From positions 1,024,001 to 1,088,000 of the forward strand of contig JAXHNL010000002.1 of assembly GCA_034520565.1 (NCBI GenBank): DNA of 64,000 nucleotides. Direction: 5' to 3'. Shown piece by piece: positions 19,156 through 29,174 of this stretch. Position 1 is the stretch's first letter, and the number at the start of each line of letters is the position of its first letter. The translations under genes were made by a program, and so were the position numbers. The stretch comes from Halodesulfurarchaeum sp. (lineage in GTDB: Archaea; Halobacteriota; Halobacteria; Halobacteriales; Halobacteriaceae). The notes below the pieces were generated by a model. It was not told where the DNA came from. It saw only the letters and a program-made list of their open reading frames with translations, and made no database searches.

Positions 19156-20160
19156 ATGAAAGCATACATCGAACGCGTCGCCGAGGGCGAGGATCTCACC
19201 GTTTCACAGGCCCGCACCGCGGCGACACAGATTTTCGAGGAGGCGACTGACGCCCAGATCGGGGCACTGTTGACCGCACTGCGGGCGAAGGGCGAAACCG
19301 AAGCTGAAATCGCGGGCTTCGCCCAGGGAATGCGGGAGGCTGCCCGGACCATCGAACCCGACCGAAGTCCACTCGTTGACACCTGCGGGACCGGCGGGGA
19401 CGACTACGACACGATCAACGTCTCGACGACGAGCGCCATCGTCGCCAGCGGTGCTGGCGTCCCGATCGCCAAACATGGCAACTACTCGGTTTCGTCGTCC
19501 TCGGGCAGTGCCGACGTCCTCGAGGCGGTTGGCGTTCCGGTCGAGGCCGAACCGCCGGCGGTCGAACGGGCGATCGAGCAGGCCGGGATCGGCTTCATGC
19601 TTGCCCCCGTCTTCCACCCCGCGATGAAGGCCGTCATCGGCCCCCGACAGGAGCTGGGAATGCGCACGGTGTTCAACGTCCTCGGGCCGCTGACGAATCC
19701 CGCCGGCGCCGACGCGCAGGTTCTCGGGGTGTACGATCCCGAACTCGTCCCGCTCATCGCGCGGGCGCTCGCGCACATGCCCGTGGAACATGCGTTGGTC
19801 GTCCACGGGTCCGGGCTCGACGAGATCGCGATCCACGACGAGACGACCGTCGCCGAAGTCGAGGGCGATTCCATCGAGGAGTACACGATTCGCCCGTCAG
19901 ATCTCGGCCTTTCGCGGGCCGGTATCGAGGCCGTCTCCGGGGGCAGTCCAATGCAGAACGCGACCCACATGACCCGAATCCTCGACGGGACTGTCGACGG
20001 GGCGATGCGGGACATCATCCTTGCAAACGCTGGGGCCGCCATCTACGTCGCCGGCGAGGCAACCACCTTGGCCGACGGGGTCGAAGCGGCCGGCAGGGCG
20101 ATCGATTCCGGCAACGCGGAAGCAAAACTTGCGGATCTCGAAGGGGTCCCGGCGGCCTGA
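19156..20160 (+). CDS. trpD: Anthranilate phosphoribosyltransferase
   Basis: DTCGTGGD, NVSTTS, KHGNYSVSSSSGSADVLE, GLDE. Confidence 0.96.
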   Translation: MKAYIERVAEGEDLTVSQARTAATQIFEEATDAQIGALLTALRAKGETEAEIAGFAQGMREAARTIEPDRSPLVDTCGTGGDDYDTINVSTTSAIVASGAGVPIAKHGNYSVSSSSGSADVLEAVGVPVEAEPPAVERAIEQAGIGFMLAPVFHPAMKAVIGPRQELGMRTVFNVLGPLTNPAGADAQVLGVYDPELVPLIARALAHMPVEHALVVHGSGLDEIAIHDETTVAEVEGDSIEEYTIRPSDLGLSRAGIEAVSGGSPMQNATHMTRILDGTVDGAMRDIILANAGAAIYVAGEATTLADGVEAAGRAIDSGNAEAKLADLEGVPAA

Positions 20161-20161
20161 C

Positions 20162-20794
20162 ATGGTCCGCGTGAAGGTCTGTGGGTTCACCCACGAGGAC
20201 GACGTGCAGGCGGCAATCGAGGCAGGTGTCGACGCCGTCGGGGCCATCGTCGACGTCCCGGTCGAGACGCCGCGAGAAGTCTCGCCGGAGACGGCGGCAA
20301 CGCTCTTCGAAGGCGTCCCCCCCTTCGTGAGCACCGTCCTCGTGACCATGCCGGAAACCGTCGAGCGGGCTCGGGACCTGGTCGAAACGGTCCGCCCGGA
20401 CGTGGTCCAGATACACGATGGACTCACCCCACAGGAGGTGGCGACACTTTCGGAAACCGGGGTCGGAACGATCGCATCGGTGAACCACGACGAACCCGTG
20501 ATCGAGGACTATGCACGGGACGCCGATGCGATTCTCGTCGATTCCACCGCCGAGACCGGAGCCGGTGGAACCGGCCGAACCCACGACTGGTCGGCAACCC
20601 GAGAATTCCACGCACTCGATACTCCACTTATCTTGGCGGGAGGGCTGACCCCGGACAACGTCGAGGAAGCCGTTACAACGGTTGACCCCTACGCGGTCGA
20701 CGTGGCCTCGGGGGTCGAGGGCGAACCGGGGCGAAAGGACGCTTCCATGGTCCGCAAGTTCGTCGACCGGGCTCAAACGGGGGCAGTCGAATGA
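20162..20794 (+). CDS. trpF: Phosphoribosylanthranilate isomerase
   Basis: RVKVCG, QIHD, GGTGRTHDW, LAGGLTPDNV, VDVASGVE. Confidence 0.95.
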   Translation: MVRVKVCGFTHEDDVQAAIEAGVDAVGAIVDVPVETPREVSPETAATLFEGVPPFVSTVLVTMPETVERARDLVETVRPDVVQIHDGLTPQEVATLSETGVGTIASVNHDEPVIEDYARDADAILVDSTAETGAGGTGRTHDWSATREFHALDTPLILAGGLTPDNVEEAVTTVDPYAVDVASGVEGEPGRKDASMVRKFVDRAQTGAVE

Positions 20795-22353
20795 CCGAAT
20801 TCGACGTCTCCCGGGCCGAGTTCGCCGAACTCGTATCGGGACCCGAGCCCGTGGTCGCCCGGGTCGCTGCGGAACTCCCGGTGGACGTCTCGCCCCTCCC
20901 GGCGACGGTGGCCCTCGGGGACCGGAGCGAGTACCGCTTCCTGCTGGAAAGCGGCGAAAAAACCGCCGCGAGTGATCCGGCCGACGCGTTTTCGGCCGGC
21001 ACCTCCACCGAGCGCCACGCGCGCTTCTCCTTCGTGGGGTACGATCCGGACGCGGTGATCACGCTCGATACCGACGGCGATACCGTCGAGCGGCTCCGGG
21101 ACTCCGCCGCGGCCGATCTCGTGGCACCTGGAGACGGCGACGTCCTCGATCGGCTCCGCGGAGCGCTCCCGGCCGTCGAACGCCGAGGATTTCCGGCTGG
21201 CGACCGGCAACTCCTGTCCGGCGGCGTCGTCGGCTTTCTGGCCTACGACGCGGTGTATGACCTCTGGCTCAACGAGGTCGGAATCGAACGGCCGGAGCGG
21301 CGGGTGCCGGACGCCCAGTTCGTCCTCACGACTCGAACCCTCGTCTTCGATCACGCAGCCGGGACGGTCTCGCTCGTCTTCACTCCAGTGGTCCCACCGT
21401 CGGCCGACCCAGCGTCGGTCTATGAGGACCTGGTCGCGGAGGCACGGGCCGTCACCGAAACGCTGCGGGAAAGAGCGCGGTCCTCCAGTGGGGGCTTCCA
21501 CCGCACTTCCGAACGAGCCGGGGACCGCGAGACCTACGAGAATGCCGTCGAGCAGGCGAAACGGGCCGTGAACGAGGGAGAGGTCTACCAGGCAGTCATC
21601 TCGCGGACGCGGGAACTCGACGGCGAAATCGATCCAGTCGGGCTCTACGAATCGATGCGATCCGTCAACCCCTCGCCGTACATGTACCTGCTCTCCCACG
21701 GGGACCGTTCGATCGTGGGAGCCAGTCCCGAGACGCTCGTCTCGGTCGCCGACGAGACGGTCCTGAACAATCCGATCGCCGGCACCTGCTCCCGTGGTTC
21801 GAGTCCAGCAGAGGACCGCCGGCTGGCCGGCGAGATGCTGGCCGACGACAAGGAACGGGCCGAGCACACGATGCTCGTGGATCTCTCCCGGAACGACGTC
21901 CGACGGGTGTCCCGACCGGGGAGCGTCGACGTCGAGGAGTTCATGCGCGTCCTGAAGTACAGTCACGTCCAGCACATCGAGTCGACGGTGACGGGAACGC
22001 TCCGCGAGGACCAGGACGCCTTCGACGCCATCCGGGCCTGCTTCCCGGCCGGGACCCTTTCGGGGGCACCCAAGATCCGGGCGATGGAACTCATTCACGA
22101 CCTCGAGTCGGCACCGCGCGGGGTCTACGGCGGTGGCGTGGGCTACGTCTCGTGGCAGGGGGACGCGGACATGGCGATCGTGATCCGAACGGCGACGATC
22201 GAACACGGAACGCCCGACCGATTGCGGGTCCAGGCGGGGGCCGGGGTCGTCGCCGACTCGAATCCGGCACGCGAGTACGCCGAGACCGAAGCGAAGATGG
22301 ACGGGGCGTTGTCCGCCCTCGAGGCGATCGAGAGGGGTGAGCCCAGGCCATGA
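20791..22353 (+). CDS. trpE: Anthranilate synthase component I
   Basis: LLESG, NPSPYMY, GASPETL, KERAEHTMLVDLSRND, PAGTLSGAPK. Confidence 0.96.
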   Translation: MTEFDVSRAEFAELVSGPEPVVARVAAELPVDVSPLPATVALGDRSEYRFLLESGEKTAASDPADAFSAGTSTERHARFSFVGYDPDAVITLDTDGDTVERLRDSAAADLVAPGDGDVLDRLRGALPAVERRGFPAGDRQLLSGGVVGFLAYDAVYDLWLNEVGIERPERRVPDAQFVLTTRTLVFDHAAGTVSLVFTPVVPPSADPASVYEDLVAEARAVTETLRERARSSSGGFHRTSERAGDRETYENAVEQAKRAVNEGEVYQAVISRTRELDGEIDPVGLYESMRSVNPSPYMYLLSHGDRSIVGASPETLVSVADETVLNNPIAGTCSRGSSPAEDRRLAGEMLADDKERAEHTMLVDLSRNDVRRVSRPGSVDVEEFMRVLKYSHVQHIESTVTGTLREDQDAFDAIRACFPAGTLSGAPKIRAMELIHDLESAPRGVYGGGVGYVSWQGDADMAIVIRTATIEHGTPDRLRVQAGAGVVADSNPAREYAETEAKMDGALSALEAIERGEPRP

Positions 22354-22997
22354 AGGTGCTCGTCGTCGACAATTACGACTCGTTCACGTACAATCTCGTC
22401 GAGTACGTTTCGGAGAGCCACTTGCCGGACGGGAGTCGACCCGAGACGGTCGTCGTGAAGAACACGGTCGATCTCGAACGCATCCGGGCGTAAGCCCCCG
22501 ACGCGATCGTCATCAGTCCCGGCCCCGGTCATCCGAAAAACGACCGAGACGTCGGGGTGTCCACAGCCGTGCTCACGGACGTGGCCAAAACGATACCCAC
22601 GATGGGCGTCTGTCTCGGAATGGAGGCGGCCGTCTCGGTTTACGGTGGCACGGTCGGCGCCGCTCCGGAGCCGGTCCACGGCAAGGCCGCCTCCGTGGAA
22701 CACGACGGTCGGGGGATCTTCGACGGGATCGAGCAGGGGTTTCAGGGCGGGCGGTACCACTCACTTCTCGCCCTCGACGTGCCGGATTGCTTCGAGATCT
22801 CCGCCCGAACCGAGCACGACGGCCAGCGAATCCCGATGGCGATTCGGCACCGCGAGTATCCGATCGTTGCCGTTCAGTTCCACCCGGAGAGCGTGCTCAC
22901 TGCCGTCGGACATCACATCGTGGGGAACTTCCTCGCGGCCGTCCGGGCGGGTCGGTTTCCGGCCCCGAAAGAACCGGCAGCGAAAACCGATTTCTGA
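22350..22997 (+). pseudogene. trpG: Anthranilate synthase component II with an in-frame TAA at codon 48
   Basis: MKVLVVDNYDSFTYNL..., TAA at 22491-22493, then in frame ISPGPG, GVCLG, RYHSL, QFHPES. Confidence 0.85.
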
Positions 22998-23230
22998 GCC
23001 GATCGGGCGACTCGGGAACGAGTTTGGCCAATTTCACTTTCGGTCCGCTGGGAGTAGGCTTATACTGGTCCCACCGTTACCCGAGTAGTGGTTACACACC
23101 CGCCAGGTGTGGTCTTGCTCCACACCCCGAAGGCGGGAACTGAAGCGTCTCAGCCGGCGTAGGGCCAATCCGGTACAGCACACATGCACATTGGACATTC
23201 GTTAACAGATTCGACACTGGAGGTATCGAG

Positions 23231-26200
23231 ATGAGGACGGAAACGACCGGGGAGTACACGCTGCCCGTCAAGCGCGTCACCGGTGACACCCTCGAAGATC
23301 GACTCACCGCAAACGCCTATCACAACATCCTCCCGGCCAGGTATCTCACGCAGGACGCCGAGGGAAATCGTATCGAGGACCAGGAGGACCTCTTCGTTCG
23401 GGTCGCCCGAAACATCGCGCTCGCCGAGGCGCCATACGAAGCGGCGAAACGCGATGTCGAGATCACCGTTCGGCCGGAGCAGATCAAACCGGACCACCCA
23501 CGGCGGGACGAACTCGCCGCAGCGGTCTTTGAGGAGGGGACCTCGGTGGCGGACGACGTCGAGACTGCACTCACGCCGGAAAACGTCAACAAGTTCGCCT
23601 ACGAGACCATCGTCCCGGAGTTGCCGGCGGAAATCAAAGCCCACGTCGAGGGCCTGGCCAGCGAGTACGAGGAGCTGATGTCGACACTCTCCTTTATGCC
23701 GAACTCTCCGACGTTGATGAACGCCGGGAACGAACTCCAGCAGCTCTCTGCGTGTTTCGTCAATTCGCCGGACGACGATCTCGCAGATATCCACGAAACG
23801 GCGAAGGAGGCCGCGTTGACGTTTCAGAGCGGGGGCGGCATGGGCTATGCCTTCTGGAAGCTCCGACCCTACGGCGACCCCGTGGGCTCCACGGGCGGCA
23901 TCGCCTCCGGCCCGATCACGTTCATGCGGACCTTCGACCAGATGACCGAGACCATCGCCCAGGGTGGGACCCGTCGCGGCGCCCAGATGGCGGTCATGCG
24001 CATCTCCCATCCCGACGTCATCGAGTTCATCCACTCGAAGAACAAGGACGTCTCGCTCGCCCACACCCTCAAACTCAACGACCCCGATGACCCCACATAC
24101 ACCGACTTCTCCGAGGCCCTCGAGGAGGCCCGCGAACTGATCGACGAGGAGGGACGCGTTCCCGAGCACCTCCGGAACGCCGTCGAGGGGCACCTCTCGA
24201 ATTTCAACATCTCCGTCGGCGTGACCGACGACTTCATGGAAGCGCTCGAAAACGGCGAGGAGTACACCCTCACCAACCCACGCACGGAGGAACCCCACAT
24301 CGCGACCGAGGAAACGAAGGAAATGTACGGGCGATACGGCCTCGGCGACTACGTCGATGTCGGCGAGGAACTCTCCCTCCCGGCTTCGGTGCTCTGGGAC
24401 CGCATCGTCGAGGGCGCCCACGAGAACGGCGAGCCCGGCGTGATCTATCTCGAACGCGCGAACAAGGAACACTCCTTCGACGTCGAGGAGCACCCCGACC
24501 ACCGGATGCTCGCGACGAACCCATGTGTTACCGGAGACACCTTGATCAGCACGGAAGACGGCCTCGTGCCGGCCGAGGAGCTGTACGAACGGGGCGTCGC
24601 CCGCAACGTCGTCGTCGACGGTCGGCTGAGCGACGACACCGTCAAAGAGGCAAGCAGCGTCTTCAAGACGGGCGTAAAAGACGTCTACGAGCTCACGACC
24701 CAAGAGGGCTACCAGCTCCGCTTGACCGCCGACCACCGGATGATGACCGAGGACGGCTGGGTCGAAGCACAGGACCTCGAACCAGGCGACGGGGTTCACG
24801 TCCAGAATCGAAAGGGTGTGTTCGGCACCCACGGATCCGCCGAGGAGGGACGGGTCCTCGGGTGGCTTGTCGGTGACGGCCATCTCAAAGACGGTGAGGA
24901 ACGGGCCGTTCTCAACTTCTACGACGAGGACGCCACGATCTCCGAGCCGTTTGCCGAGGACGTGAACGCGGTCGTCCGCGAGCCGCTCGGCAATGGGGGA
25001 TACGACGTCGGCGTCAGCGAAATCGCCAGATCCGACGACTATCGGGGCGCTCAGGCCGTCGAACAGCGCGTTCGTTCCACGCGGCTGTACGAATACGCCG
25101 CGGAGGCCGGTCTGGCAGAGGAAAAACTGCAGGTCCCCGAGGCCGTCATGCGCGGCAGCGAGGAGATGGCCCGCGGCTTCCTTCGGGCGCTCTTCACGGC
25201 CGACGGGGGCGTCCAGGGTACCGTCGAGAAGGGCGTTTCGGTCCGACTGACGAGCACCGGCGTCGAACTGCTTCGGGACGTCCAACGTCTCCTTGTCAAT
25301 TTCGGCGTGTTCAGTAAAATCTACGAGAACCGTCACGAAGCGGGCCGGCAGGAAATGCCGGACGGAACTGGCGGCACGGCGACCTACGAGCGCCAGGCCG
25401 ATCACGATCTGGTCATCTCGAAGGACGGTCTCCTCACCTTCCGCGAGGAGATCGGCTTCCTTCGGGACGACAAGAACGACACCCTCGACGAACGGCTTTC
25501 GGAATACAGCCGGGCCCCGTACAGCGAAACGTTCGAGGCGACGGTCGAATCCGTCGAATTCGACGGTCACGAACCGGTGTATGACTTGACAGAGCCGGAA
25601 ACCCACTCATTCGTCGCCAACGGGCTCGTCTGTCACAATTGCGGAGAACAGCCCTTGGAGGAGTACGAGGCCTGCAATCTCGGTCATATCAACCTCTCGA
25701 CGATCGTCGCCGAGGAACACCCGGACTGGCGGGCCTGGTCGGCAGCGAGCGAAGCCGACTATACCGATCGGACAGCCGCCATCGAAGCGTTCCTCGAGGA
25801 GGCCATCGACTGGGAGGAGTTCGACCGCCGCATCGAGCTCGGAACCCGATTCCTCGAAGACGTCGTCACGATGTCGGACTTCCCGGTCGAAGAGATCACC
25901 GAGAAGGTCCGGGAGATGCGCAAGGTCGGGCTCGGGATCATGGGCATCGCCCAGCTGTTCGTCCAGCTCGGGATGCGGTATGGCTCCGAACCCGCAAACG
26001 AGGTCGCCCGCCAGCTCATGGTGCACATCAACCACGGGTCAAAGCGGGCCTCCCACGATCTCGCCACCGAGCGGGGGAGCTTCTCGGAGTGGGGTAACTC
26101 CAAGTACGCCGACCCGACTCGCTATCCCGAGTGGTTCGAGCACCACACGGGCGAGGATCCCGCCGAGTGGGAAGACGGGTACCCCATTCGGAACCACAAC

Positions 26201-27457
26201 ACGACCACGATCGCCCCGACTGGAACCACTTCCATGGTGGGCAACACGACTGGCGGCTGTGAGCCCATCTTCAACGTGGCCTACTACAAGAACGTCTCCG
26301 ATGACGTTCAGGGCGACGAGATGCTCGTCGAGTTCGACGATTACTTCCTGCGAACCCTGGAGGCAAACGACATCGACGTCGAGGAAGTCAAAGCCGAAGC
26401 CACCGATCAGATGGCCGCAAACGAGTTCGACGGTCTCGAGGGCCTCTCGACGGTTCCCGACGCGATCGCCGAACTCTTCGTCACCTCGAGTGACCTCACG
26501 GGCAAGGAACACGCCTCGATCCAGACGGCCCTGCAGGAGGGCGTCGATTCCTCGATCTCGAAGACGGTGAACTTCCCGCGGGAAGCGACCGTCGGGGAGA
26601 TGGACGAGGTCTTCCGGTACATCTACGACCACGGCGGTAAGGGCGTGACCGTCTACCGCGACGGCACCCGGTCGAAGCAGGTCCTCACGACCCGGGCCCA
26701 GAACACCGAGTTCGCCGGCATGGACGAGGCGGAGGCCGCCGAACTGATCGTCGAACATATCGAGACCGCCTTCGGCGGTTTCGAACAGTTCATCAACCAC
26801 GAGGCGGTGGTCGAGCTTCTCGGCTCCGACCTCGCAGACCTCGAGGCGCCCGAATACGCCGAAAAGCGTTCGCGCCCGGACGCGCTCCAGGGCGTGAGCC
26901 AACGCGTCGACACCGGATACGGGAAACTCTACGTGACGATCAACGAGGACGAGAAGGGACGTCCCTTCGAACTCTTCGCGAACATCGGGCACTCCGGTGG
27001 GTTCACGAACTCCTTCACCGAGGCGCTCGCGAAGGTCATCTCGACTGCGCTCAGGTCCGGCGTGGACCCCTACGAGATCGTCGACGAACTCAAGGGTACC
27101 CGGAGCCCCAAGGTCGCCTGGGACAAGGGCGAACAGATCAACTCGATCCCGGACGCGATCGGGACCGCGATGTGGCGATACCTCGAGGACCAGGTCGACA
27201 AACCCTATCCCCAGCAGGAGACCCTCGACGACATCGAGGACGGGGCCAGTGAAACTCCCCCGGACACCCTCGAGACGGGGCCCGAGACCGACGGCGGTGC
27301 GACCGCGACGGAAACCCCCGACTCGGAACTCGATTCGACCCAATCGCTCATCGACGCCGGGGAGAGTCCGGAATGTCCGGAATGTGGGTCGATGGATCTC
27401 TACTATTCGGAGGGTTGTAAGACCTGTCAGTCCTGTGGCTGGAGCGAGTGCTCGTAG
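23231..27457 (+). CDS. nrdJ: Adenosylcobalamin-dependent (class II) ribonucleotide reductase containing an intein
   Basis: PNSPTLMNAG, LSACFV, ATNP/CGEQ, ACNLG, TIAPTGT, C-terminal zinc ribbon; GGAGGT Shine-Dalgarno at 23219-23224. Confidence 0.96.
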   Translation: MRTETTGEYTLPVKRVTGDTLEDRLTANAYHNILPARYLTQDAEGNRIEDQEDLFVRVARNIALAEAPYEAAKRDVEITVRPEQIKPDHPRRDELAAAVFEEGTSVADDVETALTPENVNKFAYETIVPELPAEIKAHVEGLASEYEELMSTLSFMPNSPTLMNAGNELQQLSACFVNSPDDDLADIHETAKEAALTFQSGGGMGYAFWKLRPYGDPVGSTGGIASGPITFMRTFDQMTETIAQGGTRRGAQMAVMRISHPDVIEFIHSKNKDVSLAHTLKLNDPDDPTYTDFSEALEEARELIDEEGRVPEHLRNAVEGHLSNFNISVGVTDDFMEALENGEEYTLTNPRTEEPHIATEETKEMYGRYGLGDYVDVGEELSLPASVLWDRIVEGAHENGEPGVIYLERANKEHSFDVEEHPDHRMLATNPCVTGDTLISTEDGLVPAEELYERGVARNVVVDGRLSDDTVKEASSVFKTGVKDVYELTTQEGYQLRLTADHRMMTEDGWVEAQDLEPGDGVHVQNRKGVFGTHGSAEEGRVLGWLVGDGHLKDGEERAVLNFYDEDATISEPFAEDVNAVVREPLGNGGYDVGVSEIARSDDYRGAQAVEQRVRSTRLYEYAAEAGLAEEKLQVPEAVMRGSEEMARGFLRALFTADGGVQGTVEKGVSVRLTSTGVELLRDVQRLLVNFGVFSKIYENRHEAGRQEMPDGTGGTATYERQADHDLVISKDGLLTFREEIGFLRDDKNDTLDERLSEYSRAPYSETFEATVESVEFDGHEPVYDLTEPETHSFVANGLVCHNCGEQPLEEYEACNLGHINLSTIVAEEHPDWRAWSAASEADYTDRTAAIEAFLEEAIDWEEFDRRIELGTRFLEDVVTMSDFPVEEITEKVREMRKVGLGIMGIAQLFVQLGMRYGSEPANEVARQLMVHINHGSKRASHDLATERGSFSEWGNSKYADPTRYPEWFEHHTGEDPAEWEDGYPIRNHNTTTIAPTGTTSMVGNTTGGCEPIFNVAYYKNVSDDVQGDEMLVEFDDYFLRTLEANDIDVEEVKAEATDQMAANEFDGLEGLSTVPDAIAELFVTSSDLTGKEHASIQTALQEGVDSSISKTVNFPREATVGEMDEVFRYIYDHGGKGVTVYRDGTRSKQVLTTRAQNTEFAGMDEAEAAELIVEHIETAFGGFEQFINHEAVVELLGSDLADLEAPEYAEKRSRPDALQGVSQRVDTGYGKLYVTINEDEKGRPFELFANIGHSGGFTNSFTEALAKVISTALRSGVDPYEIVDELKGTRSPKVAWDKGEQINSIPDAIGTAMWRYLEDQVDKPYPQQETLDDIEDGASETPPDTLETGPETDGGATATETPDSELDSTQSLIDAGESPECPECGSMDLYYSEGCKTCQSCGWSECS
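24524..25639 (+). mobile_element. Intein (372 aa) with LAGLIDADG homing endonuclease, inserted in the RNR NP/C active-site motif
   Basis: Starts CVTGDT, block B LTADHR, LAGLIDADG-like LGWLVGDG and FLRALFTADG, ends SFVANGLVCHN followed by Cys+1. Confidence 0.93.
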
Positions 27458-27494
27458 GCACAACCCTTATTCCGGCTACTTTCGTTTCTCACCC

Positions 27495-27854
27495 GTGACC
27501 GACCGCGACCGCATCGAACTGGGCCTCGAATTGCTCGCTCACTTCGAGGACGAATCCCTCTCGGTCGCAGCGGTGATCGACCGACTCGAGACGCTCACGA
27601 CCGACCCACGAACCACCCGCCAGATTCTCGAGCGAGCGGCGGCCGATGGCGTGATCGAGCGGGACGGTGGGATGATCAGGCCGGTGGATTCGAAGTACCT
27701 CAGTTTCGAAAGCGAGGTCATCACGAAAGAGGGCGAGTTCACCTGTCGCCGCTGTGGCGCGTCGCTCTCGACGGGCTACTTCATGAACTTCGAGTCGGGT
27801 GAGCACGGGCCCTTCGGCTCGTCATGTATCCGGAAAGTGACGGGTCGAGAGTAA
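27495..27854 (+). CDS. Conserved haloarchaeal protein (DUF5830-like) with HTH and C-terminal Cys cluster
   Basis: GTG start, ELGLELLAH..., CRRCGASLSTG, GPFGSSCIRKVTGRE. Confidence 0.8.
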   Translation: MTDRDRIELGLELLAHFEDESLSVAAVIDRLETLTTDPRTTRQILERAAADGVIERDGGMIRPVDSKYLSFESEVITKEGEFTCRRCGASLSTGYFMNFESGEHGPFGSSCIRKVTGRE

Positions 27855-27873
27855 CGGGAATCAGTCGGCGGCG

Positions 27874-28773
27874 CTATTCTTCGATGAGGTCCCGGAGCGA
27901 TTCGATCCGGGAACGTTGCTTCGAGAGGGCAGCCATCTGGGATTCGATGGTGGCCTCCTGTTCGTCGAGGGCCGCCTCGAGTTCGTCGAGTTCCTCCTGA
28001 AGGGCCTCGTGGTCGATGCTCGCGGCGGACACGAACACGACTTCGTCTGAACCCGCCCCCGACTCGGCGGTCCCACCGGTTGGGTCACCCGTCTCGTCGA
28101 CTGGTTCTTCAGCGGTCGATTCGTCCTCGTCTTCCGGGGCGACGGCAGCCTCGAATGCGTCCTGGTCTGGCACCTCGTAGTACTCGTACAGGGCCTTCCG
28201 CACGGTTTCGTCGACCTCCCGAAAGCCTTCGTTCGGGGTTTTGATCCGTTCGGTCCGATCTGCCGTCTTCAAAACGAGCTGTGAGGCGACGTTTCCCTGT
28301 TCGGTTTCCAGGCCGCGGATGTCGGCGAAGGTGACGGTGACGTATTCCTCGTCCCAGACGGCGGTCCCGACGTGTTTGACCAGTCGATGGTCGGTCACGA
28401 CAAGCGTCAGGTCACCGAACCGGTAGAACCCAACGACTGATTCGCCGGGGTCGATCACGCCCGTCTCGCGGAAGACGCCGGCGACGATCGGTTCGAGTGC
28501 GTCATCGAGGGCCGACCCCGGGACGGAAAAAGAACGCTCCCCGTCGGTCCCGTAATCGAGGGTGATGATCGTCTTTCGGCGTTTTTCCCTGACGTCGATT
28601 CGCTCTGCGGAATGTGGATAGGTTTCGACCGATTCGTCGCTGAGGAAACCCTCCGAGTTGTAGTGTATCGTCCGGGAGGGTGTCAGGAATAACGCGTCTT
28701 CCCCCTTGAGTGAGACCCGCTCGGTGACCGTCTCGTCGCCGAGGGCCTCCTCGACTGCCGTCGGTACGTCCAT
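27874..28773 (-). CDS. Hypothetical protein (PH-like domains plus C-terminal coiled coil)
   Basis: 299-aa acidic ORF with LFLTPSRTI and LVVTDHRLVKH repeats. Confidence 0.8.
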   Translation of the reverse strand: MDVPTAVEEALGDETVTERVSLKGEDALFLTPSRTIHYNSEGFLSDESVETYPHSAERIDVREKRRKTIITLDYGTDGERSFSVPGSALDDALEPIVAGVFRETGVIDPGESVVGFYRFGDLTLVVTDHRLVKHVGTAVWDEEYVTVTFADIRGLETEQGNVASQLVLKTADRTERIKTPNEGFREVDETVRKALYEYYEVPDQDAFEAAVAPEDEDESTAEEPVDETGDPTGGTAESGAGSDEVVFVSAASIDHEALQEELDELEAALDEQEATIESQMAALSKQRSRIESLRDLIEE

Positions 28774-28865
28774 ACCGATACGTCCCCCTCCCGTATGATA
28801 AATTCGGCGGGTCACCCGGGGAAGATACAAAGGTTTTAGAGGCGAACCATCTTAGCCGGTCGTGA

Positions 28866-29000
28866 GCCCGGGTGGCTTAGTGGTCATAGCGCCGCACTCA
28901 TAGGGTTTCGAGTTTCGGTGTGGCATACTCGCAGCTCAGGTCGGCCGAGCCTTGGACCTGGGACATGCGGAGGTCGAGGGTTCGAACCCCTCCCCGGGCA
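28866..29000 (+). tRNA. tRNA-Met(CAT), elongator type, with an intron at about 28903-28964 (position 37/38)
   Basis: GCCCGGG acceptor stem, CCGCA-CTCATA/A-TGCGG anticodon arm interrupted by 62 nt, GTTCGAAC T-loop. Confidence 0.92.
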
Positions 29001-29174
29001 TTTTTCAGCGACGAGCGACAGCGAGGAGACGGGACACTGCTTGGGAGCAGTCGGACCCAAATTTACGAGATGGCAGATTTATTGGTCGAACGATAATCTC
29101 CGGTTTCGTAGTTCTATCTTGTGATAATTGGCTACAAAAGTTTAATCGATACTGGATATTTGACCCGATTTGTG

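Noticed and set aside
18347-19165. Short ORFs over the tRNA-Val repeats (also 53005-53679)
   Set aside because: Arg/Ser-rich translations of palindromic non-coding repeats and tRNA sequence, not haloarchaeal-like proteins
22491-22493. Selenocysteine/pyrrolysine recoding of the in-frame stops in trpG and hsp20
   Set aside because: The trpG stop is TAA, the positions are non-catalytic, and no recoding machinery is visible
23150-27463. Long antisense ORFs (818, 474 aa) opposite nrdJ and similar shadow ORFs opposite other genes
   Set aside because: Expected from high-GC codon bias; they lack motifs and overlap well-supported genes
28903-28964. tRNA-Met intron as a novel RNA
   Set aside because: An intron at 37/38 of elongator tRNA-Met is a known haloarchaeal feature
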